Below the pieces are notes generated by a model. The model worked only from the letters and a program-made list of their open reading frames with translations, ran no database searches and had not been told where the DNA came from. A stretch of DNA of 64,000 bases from an uncultured Verrucomicrobiae bacterium. GTDB taxonomy: Bacteria; Verrucomicrobiota; Verrucomicrobiia; Limisphaerales; Palsa-1400. Location: positions 2,464,001 to 2,528,000 of the forward strand of contig CAVXRD010000002.1 in assembly GCA_963764165.1 (NCBI GenBank). The letters run 5' to 3'. This document shows positions 47,954-57,589 of this stretch, piece by piece (the first letter of the stretch is position 1; every line of letters starts with the position of its first letter). Both the position numbers and the translations under genes were made by a program.

Positions 47954-50719
47954 ATGCCGCCAGTCCAGAAAAATCGCCTGCTCGCCATTGGCACGCCGCT
48001 CGGTGGCGATGTGCTGGCTGTTCGGTCCATAGCCGTCCAGGAGCAGCTAGGGCGGCTGTTTCATATCGAAGCTGAATTGTCCAGCGAGAATGCGGATATC
48101 AAGCTGGACGATGTGGTCGGGCACAACGTCACGGTCCGGATTAATATCGGCCAAAACGTCGAGCGCTACTTTAACGGGGTTGTCAGCCGGATGGCCCAGA
48201 CGGGAAATAAAGGCGGCTATGCGCATTACCACGCCACCATCGTTCCCTGGTTCTGGTTTCTCACTCGGACCGCTGATTGCCGCATATTCCAAAACAAATC
48301 CATCCCGGATATCATCGAAGAAGTATTCAGCGGGCACGGCTTGACCGATTTTCGCCCGAGCCTCTCCGGAAGCTATTCTCCGCGGGAATACGTCGTTCAA
48401 TATCGGGAGACGGACTTCAATTTTGTCAGCCGTCTCATGGAAGCGGAGGGAATTTATTACTTCTTTGAGCACGAGAATGGCAAGCACACCATGGTGCTGG
48501 CTGACTCCATCAGCGCCCACAATCCCTACCCGGATTATGGGGAAGTGACCTTCCAGGAACTGGAAAAGGGCGCCAGCGGGCGCGAAGTCATCACTGAGTG
48601 GACGATGGAAAAAGAGGCCCAGCCGGTTGCCTATGCCCTAAATGATTTTGATTTCAAAAAGCCGAAGGCTTCATTGCGCGCCAACTCCAATGTCAGCCGC
48701 GATTACGGCGCCGCCCAGTTCGAGATCTACGACTATCCCGGCGAATATGTTGCCGCCGGGGATGGCGACCGCCTCACCGGCGTCCGGTTGGATGAACTCC
48801 AGAGCCAATACGAACTCCTTCACGGCCAGGCCAATTGCCGCGGAATCGTTACGGGCTCGACATTTACCCTGAAGAGCCATCCCCGTGACGACCAGAACCG
48901 CGAGTACCTGGTTACAGGCGCCTCTTTGCATGCCGACGCGGGCGAGTTCGCCAGCGGCAAGGCCGAGGGAGAGTTTTTCTCCTGCAACTTTACCGCGATG
49001 GACAAGAGCCAGCAATTCCGCCCCACGCGATTGACTCCCAAGCCCGTCGTGCAAGGCCCGCAAACCGCCATCGTCGTTGGCCCTTCCGGCGAGGAAATCT
49101 ACACCGATGAATACGGCCGCGTGAAGTTGCAATTCCATTGGGATCGCTACGGCAAGTCCGATGAGAATTCGTCTTGCTGGGTTCGCGTTTCCCAAGAGTG
49201 GGCGGGAAAGAAGTGGGGGGCCATGCGCATTCCACGCATTGGACAGGAGGTCATCGTCGAATTCCTGGAAGGTGATCCTGACCGCCCGATCGTCACCGGG
49301 CGGGTATATAACGCGGAAGCCATGCCGCCCTACCCGTTGCCCACAGAGAAAACCAAGTCGACGGTCAAATCCAATTCTTCCAAAGGCGGCAACGGCTTTA
49401 ACGAGATTCGCTTTGAGGACAAGAAAGGCAAGGAGCAGATTTTTGTCCACGCGGAAAAGGACGAAGACGTTCGCGTCAAGAATGATTCCCGTGAGTGGGT
49501 CGGGAACAACCGACATCTCATCGTTATCAAGGACCAGACGGAGAAGGTCAAAGGCAACAAGCATTTGACTGTGGAAGGCAACCGGGTCGCGAAAATCCAA
49601 GGCAATCAAAGCGAAACTGTGGCCGGTGACAACAAGACGATGGTCTCCGGCAATGACCATCTTTCAGTGCAGGGCAGCCAGAAAACTCAAATCGGCGCCG
49701 ACCATAACCTCGACGTTTCGAACAATTCCAATAATGCCTGCGGCAATGATCTGTCCTTCAAAGCCGGAATGAACATTCATGAAAAGTCGGGCATGAATCA
49801 CGCCGTCGAGGCCGGGATGACCGTTCATATCAAGGGCGGAATGTCGATTGTGATTGAGGCGGGCATGGAGATTTCGTTGAAAGCGGGCGGGAGCTTCATT
49901 GACATCGGGCCCTCCGGCGTAGCCATCTCAGGCGCGATGGTCATGATTAACAGCGGCGGCTCGGCCGGAGATGGGCCAGACTGCTCGCCGACCGCCCCGG
50001 AGGACCCCGACAGTCCCGATTCCCCCGCCGATCCGGATGAAGCCGGCGACGCAGTGTCTGGCGACGTCACAGATGCCAGCGACAACTCCGCCGACAGCGA
50101 TTCCGTGGTGGATGGCGAGTCGAACCGCATCGAGGACGAATCCGATGAAGATGAAGCCGACGATGAAGGCGGTGATTTGGAAGTCAGTAAGACATGGCTC
50201 TCGGAAGATGGGGCAGCGGCTGTTTTCGGTGACGACCAAAATAATTTTTCGGTGGGCGCTTATGATCTCAGCGCCACCTCCGGGATTTCAGTCGATCTAT
50301 CGGAAAAAAGCGTTAATGTCAACTTGCTCACTGTGGCGGCCAGCGCCACGGCTTTGAGCGCCACGGCTTCCGGCACCGCGATGGGAGGAGCCGTCAAAGC
50401 CAGCGCCTCGGCGGATGTCCTGGCCGCCTCTGGAAATGCCTCGGCCGGCCTGACGCTGAGCCCCGAGGCCGCCGATATTCACGCCAACGTTGGGGCCAGC
50501 GTCGATTTGGTTTCCGCCAAGGCCAGCGGGCAAATAAAAATCCCCCTTTTCGGTCATACCTTGACCTTGGGAGCGGCGGCTTCCGGTCAAATTGGAGCCT
50601 CAGCTTCCGCCCAGGCCAGCGCAGGCTATAATGCCGAACAGGGCGCTTACGCCTCCTTTGGCGCAAAACTCGGATTGGGATTGGGTGGGGGGCTGAACTT
50701 TAGCGTCGGTTTCAAATAA
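47954..50719 (+). CDS. vgrG: VgrG spike with C-terminal extension (evolved VgrG)
   Basis: VQYRETDFNFVSRL, GPQTAIVVG, YGRVKLQFHWD, IPRIGQEVIVEFLEGDPDRP, gp5 beta repeats; acidic linker plus ~180-aa Gly/Ala/Ser domain. Confidence 0.97.
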   Translation: MPPVQKNRLLAIGTPLGGDVLAVRSIAVQEQLGRLFHIEAELSSENADIKLDDVVGHNVTVRINIGQNVERYFNGVVSRMAQTGNKGGYAHYHATIVPWFWFLTRTADCRIFQNKSIPDIIEEVFSGHGLTDFRPSLSGSYSPREYVVQYRETDFNFVSRLMEAEGIYYFFEHENGKHTMVLADSISAHNPYPDYGEVTFQELEKGASGREVITEWTMEKEAQPVAYALNDFDFKKPKASLRANSNVSRDYGAAQFEIYDYPGEYVAAGDGDRLTGVRLDELQSQYELLHGQANCRGIVTGSTFTLKSHPRDDQNREYLVTGASLHADAGEFASGKAEGEFFSCNFTAMDKSQQFRPTRLTPKPVVQGPQTAIVVGPSGEEIYTDEYGRVKLQFHWDRYGKSDENSSCWVRVSQEWAGKKWGAMRIPRIGQEVIVEFLEGDPDRPIVTGRVYNAEAMPPYPLPTEKTKSTVKSNSSKGGNGFNEIRFEDKKGKEQIFVHAEKDEDVRVKNDSREWVGNNRHLIVIKDQTEKVKGNKHLTVEGNRVAKIQGNQSETVAGDNKTMVSGNDHLSVQGSQKTQIGADHNLDVSNNSNNACGNDLSFKAGMNIHEKSGMNHAVEAGMTVHIKGGMSIVIEAGMEISLKAGGSFIDIGPSGVAISGAMVMINSGGSAGDGPDCSPTAPEDPDSPDSPADPDEAGDAVSGDVTDASDNSADSDSVVDGESNRIEDESDEDEADDEGGDLEVSKTWLSEDGAAAVFGDDQNNFSVGAYDLSATSGISVDLSEKSVNVNLLTVAASATALSATASGTAMGGAVKASASADVLAASGNASAGLTLSPEAADIHANVGASVDLVSAKASGQIKIPLFGHTLTLGAAASGQIGASASAQASAGYNAEQGAYASFGAKLGLGLGGGLNFSVGFK

Positions 50720-50720
50720 C

Positions 50721-51734
50721 ATGGAAAATGATCCTCAGTTGATTTCGTATGGCGCCCGCATTTCCAAAGCGGCGCTGCAATCGCAATATGCATCGGTCAT
50801 GGTTCCCGCTCCCGGCTCGCCGTCGCACGGATGCCGCATCGTGCTTCCGAAATCCGCGGCGCGCGCTTCCAACGTGGAGCCCCAGCCTATTAAGAAGGGT
50901 GCGCTGGCAGTTATCGCTGGATTCCAAGTGACTCCCGCGGTGCTCGTTCAGATTTCCGGGACAATCATCGAATTTGAAATCAACCTGGCAGACTGGCTGA
51001 AATTCGAATTGCAATCCAGAGGGATTGAGCTTGATCTGGTGTCGTCAAAGATTGATCCCAACGGACAGGTTGTTCATGGAAACACCACCGGTCCAACTGG
51101 CTTTCGCGGGCGGGTCGTGGCGCGGAACAATGGCCCGAACATACTTTTGCTTGCCAGCCAGATGCCCGAGAACGCGGAGGCCGGCGTTATCGAAACCATC
51201 GGCCTGGCCGCTGCCAGCTTGGATTTGACCGCTCCATTGCATCGTCAATTGATGGAGCCTTTAGCCCCCGCGCAAGATCAAAAACCGAGTTTTCGATTTC
51301 AATACCCCAAATCATGGACGATCAAGCAGGCGGATGCTGCCTCTCCGTCGATTTCTGCTCTGGAGATCAAGATTACGAGCCAAACGGATACTGTTGCCTA
51401 CTTGCGCGCTCACTACGATTCCAATGTTATTTCAGGCGAGTCAAAAATTGGGATAATGAAAGACAGATTAATAAAGCAACTCACAGAGGCGGGCGTGGCT
51501 GTTGGCGAGATGGCCCCGCTGGCCCCGCTGGCGGAAAAGCCCGCGATGTCCCGCTTTGCCGGTCCGGCGCGCATGCCCAATGGCGAAGGGATGGCGGCAG
51601 TCGCGGTCCAGCCGGTTGCGACTGGGTGGCTGGGAGTGATACTCATTTCGCCGGGACGGAAGATGAATCCTCTGGCATGGCTGCGGGCCAAGCGGTGCTT
51701 CGAAATCGTCACCGCCACCCTGGCGGTAATTTGA
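50721..51734 (+). CDS. Hypothetical protein, DcrB/PsbP-like fold candidate (adaptor or immunity)
   Basis: Starts 1 nt after the vgrG stop; FRFQYPKSWTI and RIVLPKS motifs suggest two PsbP-like halves. Confidence 0.55.
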   Translation: MENDPQLISYGARISKAALQSQYASVMVPAPGSPSHGCRIVLPKSAARASNVEPQPIKKGALAVIAGFQVTPAVLVQISGTIIEFEINLADWLKFELQSRGIELDLVSSKIDPNGQVVHGNTTGPTGFRGRVVARNNGPNILLLASQMPENAEAGVIETIGLAAASLDLTAPLHRQLMEPLAPAQDQKPSFRFQYPKSWTIKQADAASPSISALEIKITSQTDTVAYLRAHYDSNVISGESKIGIMKDRLIKQLTEAGVAVGEMAPLAPLAEKPAMSRFAGPARMPNGEGMAAVAVQPVATGWLGVILISPGRKMNPLAWLRAKRCFEIVTATLAVI

Positions 51735-51750
51735 TTCGCCTCAGACCGCC

Positions 51751-52437
51751 ATGCCGCTAGCGCCAGATCCGTTAAGCCCCGCCGCGCGGGAAGTCATTCA
51801 TCCGGCAATGACCCCTTGCCAGCAAGCTCAGGCCCTTAATCAGAAACATCTTTCAGTCGACGCAGTCAAAGCCCTCGCCTACGGTATGCCCGATCACAAA
51901 GCTGTTCTGTGGGCCATTGCCAGCGCCGGAAAGGTTTCAAATCCGGCGCACATTCCAGACTTGAGAGCGATCGAGGCCGCCAAAGTCTGGGGAGCCAATC
52001 CAACGCCTGCAAATCAGGAGGCCGCCGCAATGGCCGCCGCAAAGACGGACTTCAAGACGCCGGGCGCCTGGGCCGCCCAAGCCGCGGCATGGGTGGGCCT
52101 GAGTGGTGGATTAGCGGCTCACGCAGTGGTTGGCTCGGTATTGCTGGCAGCGGCACAGGGCGGGAAACCGATTTCGCCGCCGGGCGCGCCACCCGTCCCA
52201 ACTGTGCCGGGCGCGCCGCCACTTCCGGTGACGGCAGTCACACTGCCTCAAGCTCCTCGAGTTCCCTTGTTTGGACTGCCGTTTTTCAAGAAGCCGGTCC
52301 CACCACCCCTCCCGGAAGCACCCAAGCTGGGCCCAGACGGACTATCCCTTACAGCGGCTCAACGTGTCGAGATGGCCAAAAACTGCGATCCGTTTCTCAA
52401 GCTTGGATGTGAGGTGGGGCACGGCAAATCCGTTTAG
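51751..52437 (+). CDS. DUF6931-like T6SS-associated protein
   Basis: AVKALAYGMP..KAVLWA, W..NPT..N..AA, TPGAWAAQAAAW, AHAVVGSVLLAA; between vgrG and PAAR. Confidence 0.7.
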   Translation: MPLAPDPLSPAAREVIHPAMTPCQQAQALNQKHLSVDAVKALAYGMPDHKAVLWAIASAGKVSNPAHIPDLRAIEAAKVWGANPTPANQEAAAMAAAKTDFKTPGAWAAQAAAWVGLSGGLAAHAVVGSVLLAAAQGGKPISPPGAPPVPTVPGAPPLPVTAVTLPQAPRVPLFGLPFFKKPVPPPLPEAPKLGPDGLSLTAAQRVEMAKNCDPFLKLGCEVGHGKSV

Positions 52438-52441
52438 CCTG

Positions 52442-52660
52442 TCAACGCGTCGGAAAGGCGGCGGGAGGGCCGGGAGCCGCTGCCCGGGCATCGTACGGTG
52501 TGTCGTACGGGTTCAGGGTGGATCCCGTTCCTGTTTCCCGATATTGAGAGCTTGGTTGTCCTGTGCTTGAATCGCGCCCGGATTGTTCCTGGCTCGCGCA
52601 TCCCACGCCTGACAGCGCAGCCGCGATCGCCGCCGATAAAACTAATAACATTCGCAACAT
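52442..52660 (-). CDS. Small putative lipoprotein
   Basis: MLRMLLVLSAAIAAALSGVG-C lipobox-like signal; 72 aa. Confidence 0.6.
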   Translation of the reverse strand: MLRMLLVLSAAIAAALSGVGCASQEQSGRDSSTGQPSSQYRETGTGSTLNPYDTPYDARAAAPGPPAAFPTR

Positions 52661-52752
52661 AAGTTCGTTTCTTCCTTCTTACATACATATACAAGACACC
52701 TAAACGGATGCGCGTGCCTCCTGACGAGGGCATCGGACTTTCCGGTTCCCAA

Positions 52753-52781
52753 TTGACAGGGTGCTTCCTACCCGCTACGGT
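52753..52781 (+). promoter_or_regulatory. Putative sigma70 promoter of the PAAR gene
   Basis: TTGACA-17 nt-TACGGT ending 6 nt before ATG 52787. Confidence 0.5.
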
Positions 52782-52786
52782 TGCTT

Positions 52787-53077
52787 ATGCCGCTGGCAGC
52801 CCGATTAACAGACATGCATGTTTGCCCGATGGTGACTGGTCTCGTCCCTCATGTGGGAGGGCCCATTAGCGCGCCAGGTGTGCCGACAGTGCTCATCGGC
52901 GGCATGCCGGCCTCAGTCGTCGGAGATATGTGTGTTTGTGTGGGCCCTCCTGATACCGTCGCCAAAGGTTCATCGACCGTGCTTATTGGTGGCAAGCCCG
53001 CAGCCCGAATGGGTGACTCGACCGCGCATGGGGGTGTTATTGTCTTGGGCTGCCCCACGGTAATCATCGGCGGATGA
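52787..53077 (+). CDS. PAAR-domain spike tip protein
   Basis: LAARLTDMHVCP, PHVGGPI, GKPAARMGDSTAHGG. Confidence 0.97.
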   Translation: MPLAARLTDMHVCPMVTGLVPHVGGPISAPGVPTVLIGGMPASVVGDMCVCVGPPDTVAKGSSTVLIGGKPAARMGDSTAHGGVIVLGCPTVIIGG

Positions 53078-53374
53078 GAATCCCGCCGGTGCCCGCGTCA
53101 ATTCGTGCTGTCGAGGGACACAGCGCAGGGAGCCGGATGGAAAGTGGATGCACCAATGCGGGCGGATGCCATCATGAAAATGGCATGTGCCAACTACCTC
53201 AATGTCCTCGGATTCGTCGCTCTGACCCCAAACCATAATCCTTGGAACCCAACCGGGCGCGGACTTACGGAGTCGGCATGGCTGCCGGGTGCTTTGAACC
53301 CCAATCGGACTGGGACATTATATTCGTAGCGCAGTGATCGTCGAATCTAAAATCGGTTTGGCGTGAAAAGATAC

Positions 53375-53707
53375 TTATGGATTTCCGCCGATTGCGTCTG
53401 AGTGGCAGGGCATTCCCGGTTCCCGTTGAAGGTAGGCCCGAACCGCGTCCAAGGACGACTCGATAGGCGGAACTCCAAGAACCGTCACCACATGGCTCGA
53501 TTGCCCCGAGAGGCCGTTTCGCATCCAAGCATACACTCGTCGCGCGGAATGAACTGGTTCCACGGAAAAGATTTCGACCGAGTCGTGGTCCGAAAATCTA
53601 CTGGAGGATGGAAGCCACACAATTGCAGAGGCGAAATGCGTTGGCTCGGTATTGTAAACGCGGCGAATCTCGGCAGCCAAAATATTCAAATACTGTTGTC
53701 GATCCAT
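53375..53707 (-). CDS. Conserved hypothetical protein
   Basis: MDRQQYL...VEIF...ARRVYAW...VTVLGVPPIESSLDAVRAYL; plausible compact protein. Confidence 0.6.
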   Translation of the reverse strand: MDRQQYLNILAAEIRRVYNTEPTHFASAIVWLPSSSRFSDHDSVEIFSVEPVHSARRVYAWMRNGLSGQSSHVVTVLGVPPIESSLDAVRAYLQREPGMPCHSDAIGGNP

Positions 53708-54149
53708 ATTCAATCCTCGACTGCAACGTGCTGGCGGATACAAGCTAACTAAACACTTCGCCAGGACAGCTGTCAAGAAAATTTCGGAGAATGGCGGATG
53801 CCCAGGAAGACAAGGCGATCGAATACCGATGATCGCGCCGCCGCCAGGATTGGGAGCCGGACGGGTTGTGTGTAATAGACCCGCACCAACTATTGGGATT
53901 TCTGAGGCAGCGGAACGCCGAACAGCCGCGCATAATATGCCAGTCGGTGTGGCTCTATGACATTCTACAATTCTATTCCCGCCGGGATTGGATTTCCGAA
54001 AATGAAATTTAGAAGTTGGAGGGGAGATGAGGCAAGTAAAATTGGCCGTATTGCGCCAATTTACTAGCCCTGCTGAGGCCGCCAATGGATCCGTTGAGAC
54101 AGCGACCGCGATTCCTCGTCTGCGGTCGCTTTTCCTATGCTATGCGCTG

Positions 54150-54690
54150 TGTTGAGTGGGGAATAAGAGTCTTATCGTTCCTGCCAGGCGGCGGTCGTGG
54201 AGGGCGTTGGCTGGGTGGAAGGGCCAAGGTATGTCGTCACTTGCGCGGCTCTCATGAAGTCGTCGTGGCTCATTTTTGTGGTCGGCCAATGCCAGAGCGT
54301 CGGATTGCTTGATGCGAATGGTCATGAGGGTGGCTCGGTTGGAACCATTAAGGAATGCCCCATGTCTCTTGAAAACGCGCCCCGGAGCTGAGCCATAGCC
54401 GGACATGCCGAACGTCGAAATGGTTCTCCCCGCGGGCTGCGCCGACATTGGATCACTGTCGGCCTTGTAGGCGGCGAAGGCATTCAATGCGGCGGTGGCG
54501 CTGGGAGCGCCGGTAACTGTGACCATGATGAATTCATTCGGGGCGATGTGCCGGAAGTTGGAGGCTTCGCCGAGTGTTTCGATCACCCGCTTTTTCAAGG
54601 TTTCCACCAGATTGCTTTGATAAACCGGAGAGCTTTCCTGGCTGGTGACAAACGCCCCGGAGGGGTCAAAGCTGTTGGGAGAGAGTCCGC
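54150..54690 (-). pseudogene. 5'-truncated, frameshifted remnant of a hypothetical gene
   Basis: No upstream start (in-frame stop near 54698); VETLKKRVIETLGEASNFRH...TIRIKQSD; an extra base in the T5 run at 54273-54277 interrupts the continuation KMSHDDFMRAAQVTTY. Confidence 0.55.
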
Positions 54691-54876
54691 AATTGTGTCA
54701 TTGCTCAAAATTCCATCCAGCTTCCCAGGCCGTTTCGCTTGCCTTGAGTCGTTAGAGGATCGCCACCTGAGGGAGCTTCGTATTGCGGCAGATGACGATC
54801 GCATATGGCAGCATACGATTGCGGCGGCTCACGGCAGTCGTTTTGATGATTGGTTTGAAGAAGCCCGAAATCAATT

Positions 54877-55755
54877 TCATTTGACTGGCTGTGGCATGAT
54901 TGACAAGAACTGGCGCAACGTGCTCGAAGCATTATCAGCGCGCCAAGCCAGATAAAGATCGGCGATTGGAGGTTGGGCCAGTGGACGAAAGGTGATGCCC
55001 GCATGAGGAAGGGCTTGCAAGGACTCAGGCACAAGCGCGACTCCGCAACGGCTGGCCACCAACCCAAGAATCGTGTAGCCGCGCTCCACCATTTGAAGGA
55101 TTTTGGGGCGAAATCCGGCGCGGACGAATGCGTCCGCCACTTGTTGCGACGCGCCAGGATAAGTCTGCTCCGAGATTCCGAAGAAAAAGTCGTTCGCCAG
55201 GCTGGCCAGCGCGACCTTCGGCTGGCGCGATTGTGGATGGCCGCGCGGCAAAGCCGCCACGAACGCGCATGTGCCAACTTTGCGCCGGCACAAGCCTGCC
55301 GCGCCTGCCTCATGGGCAAAGCCGATAAAGCCGGCGTCCAGTTTTCCATTCAGCAGTTCGCGGGCTTGCTCCATCGGCGTGAGGTCAAAAAGATGGACGG
55401 CGGTTTGGGAGCTTTGGCGGCGAAAGCTATCCAGCCAGGGTGGCACTAGCGAATGGAACAAGCCCCAGATGTAACCAATCTTCATAGCTTGACCGGCTCC
55501 AGTTTGGCGGGCCGCCCGCATTGCCTGGTCGCTGTGCAAAAGAAGCGATCGCGCCTCGGCCAGAAAGGCGCGCCCGGCTTCTGTTAACTCTGCGCCGCGC
55601 GAGGAGCGTGTCAGCAGTGTCACGCCCAGTTCATCCTCCAGTTGGCGGATCTGCCGGCTTAATGCCGGTTGAGCAACGCGCAGTCTGGCCGCCGCGCGGG
55701 TAAAACTAAGCTCGGCGGCGACGGTGGCAAAATATCGCAAATGCCGTAGTTCCAT
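54877..55755 (-). CDS. LysR-family transcriptional regulator
   Basis: MELRHLRYFATVAAELSFTRAAARLRVAQPALSRQIRQLE. Confidence 0.97.
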   Translation of the reverse strand: MELRHLRYFATVAAELSFTRAAARLRVAQPALSRQIRQLEDELGVTLLTRSSRGAELTEAGRAFLAEARSLLLHSDQAMRAARQTGAGQAMKIGYIWGLFHSLVPPWLDSFRRQSSQTAVHLFDLTPMEQARELLNGKLDAGFIGFAHEAGAAGLCRRKVGTCAFVAALPRGHPQSRQPKVALASLANDFFFGISEQTYPGASQQVADAFVRAGFRPKILQMVERGYTILGLVASRCGVALVPESLQALPHAGITFRPLAQPPIADLYLAWRADNASSTLRQFLSIMPQPVK

Positions 55756-55764
55756 CGCGCAACT

Positions 55765-55779
55765 ATGCCCCAAAGGCAT
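55765..55779. promoter_or_regulatory. LysR recognition box (T-N11-A)
   Basis: ATGC-N7-GCAT between divergent lysR and aminotransferase. Confidence 0.65.
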
Positions 55780-55838
55780 GACTGGGGAAACTAAGAAGTA
55801 TTGGTCACGATTCGGCCCGACGCTGTAAGTTGGTGCTT

Positions 55839-57047
55839 GTGACGGCCACAAGAACCATCGATTGGAGCCAGTGCATCGCACGGCGGTCTCAGCAGATGAA
55901 ATCAAGCGCAATTCGCGAATTGTTAAAGGTCGCTTCGCGGCCCGAAATGATTTCTTTCGCCGGCGGATTGCCAGCCGCCGAATTGTTTCCTCTGGACCGG
56001 GTAGAGGACGCCGTTAAGTCGGTGTTGCGCCGCGCGGGCGCGCGGGCGCTGCAATATGGCGAGACGGAAGGCGTGCGGGAACTGCGCGAGTGGATCGCCC
56101 GCCGGTATTCAAACGAATCTCTGCGGTTGCGCCCCGAAAACATTTTGATCACCTCCGGCGCACAACAGGCCCTTGATATTGCCGGCAGGGTGTTGCTGGA
56201 CGGCAAAGATCGCGTGATTGTCCAGAACCCGACTTATTTGGCGGCGTTATTGGCTTGGCAGCCCTATGGCGCGGCCTTCATGCCAATTGGCGCGGACAGC
56301 AGCGGAATCAATGCCAGCGAATTGGGACCCCTGCTGAGGGAATATCCCAAAATGGCATATCTCATTCCCAATTTTCAGAATCCAACGGGCGTGACCATGA
56401 CCCAGGAGCGAAGACAACTTTTAATTGACACGCTGCAAGGGCGCAATGTGGCGCTGTTCGAGGACAATCCCTACGCGGAATTGCGCTATGAAGGCGAGCC
56501 TTTGCCAAGCCTGTTGGAATTGGACTTGCCTCCCGACGATGGCGGCCGCGTCATTCAGGCTGGAACCTTTTCCAAGACGCTGATGCCGGGTTTGCGCGTT
56601 GGATGGGTAATTGGACCCCGCCAGATAATTGAGCGAATGGGAAGGGCCAAGCAGGCGATGGATTTGCACACCAGCACCTTTAACCAGCACATAGCACTGG
56701 CTCTTCTCAACAGCGGCTATCTGGAGGAGGTTATTCCAATGCTTCGGCGGGTGTACCGGGAGCGCCGTGACACCATGCTGGAGGCGCTCAAACAGCATTT
56801 TCCGCCAGGTTCAAGCTGGACCAGGCCGGAGGGCGGGATGTTCATTTTCGTGACGCTGCCGGAAGGCGTTTCGGCAGGGAGTTTGCTGCCTCGCGCGTTG
56901 GAGCGAAACGTCGCCTTTGTTCCAGGCGAGGAGTTTCATCTTGACGGCGCAGGCCAAAACACCATGCGCCTGAACTTCACCAAGCCATCTGTGCCAGAAA
57001 TACAAACAGGGATCAGCCGCCTGGCCGAAGTGATAAAATTTCGTTGA
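55839..57047 (+). CDS. PLP-dependent class I/II aminotransferase (LysN/ARO8-like)
   Basis: ISFAGGLP, ALQYG, PNFQNPTG, EDNPY, TFSKTLMPGLRVGW; start approximate. Confidence 0.95.
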   Translation: MTATRTIDWSQCIARRSQQMKSSAIRELLKVASRPEMISFAGGLPAAELFPLDRVEDAVKSVLRRAGARALQYGETEGVRELREWIARRYSNESLRLRPENILITSGAQQALDIAGRVLLDGKDRVIVQNPTYLAALLAWQPYGAAFMPIGADSSGINASELGPLLREYPKMAYLIPNFQNPTGVTMTQERRQLLIDTLQGRNVALFEDNPYAELRYEGEPLPSLLELDLPPDDGGRVIQAGTFSKTLMPGLRVGWVIGPRQIIERMGRAKQAMDLHTSTFNQHIALALLNSGYLEEVIPMLRRVYRERRDTMLEALKQHFPPGSSWTRPEGGMFIFVTLPEGVSAGSLLPRALERNVAFVPGEEFHLDGAGQNTMRLNFTKPSVPEIQTGISRLAEVIKFR

Positions 57048-57108
57048 CACCAAGGAGACAGATGCGGGAGAGTATTCCATATAACATTTCCAATAATGCT
57101 ATTCGCGC

Positions 57109-57552
57109 ATGATCCTTGTCACTATTTCACCATTTGTGAACGCGATTCATCGAAGCCAGGTTATTGCGTTGTGGGAAACAGTCTTCGGTTACGAGGCGGC
57201 GCACAACAATCCGAGCCTCGTCATCGATAAAAAAGTCGCGGTTGGCGACGGCCTCTTCTTTGTGGCTGCCTCCGACAACGCTGTGATTGGCACGATAATG
57301 GCGGGTTACGACGGCCATCGCGGCTGGATTTACTCTCTTGCCGTCTCCCCCTCCCATCGTCGGCAGCGCATCGGCTCTCGCCTGGTCTTGGCCGCGGAGC
57401 GGGCCTTAATCGATAAGGGATGCATGAAGATCAATCTGCAGATTATGGCTGGCAACGAAAACGTTGCGTCATTTTATTCATCGCTTGGTTTCTCAGTGGA
57501 GAAACGGGTGAGCATGGGCAAACAAATACTGGAAAATATTCCGGCTTCATGA
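57109..57552 (+). CDS. GNAT acetyltransferase (YpeA-like)
   Basis: GTIMAGYDGHRGWIYSLAV, HRRQRIG, KINLQI. Confidence 0.92.
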   Translation: MILVTISPFVNAIHRSQVIALWETVFGYEAAHNNPSLVIDKKVAVGDGLFFVAASDNAVIGTIMAGYDGHRGWIYSLAVSPSHRRQRIGSRLVLAAERALIDKGCMKINLQIMAGNENVASFYSSLGFSVEKRVSMGKQILENIPAS

Positions 57553-57589
57553 TGCCATCAACAGGCGCCAAGCCGCATTTTCTTTATTC

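Noticed and set aside
53708..54085. Upstream extension of the 236-aa ORF at 53375-54085
   Set aside because: Composition looks random; ATG 53707 gives a more plausible protein
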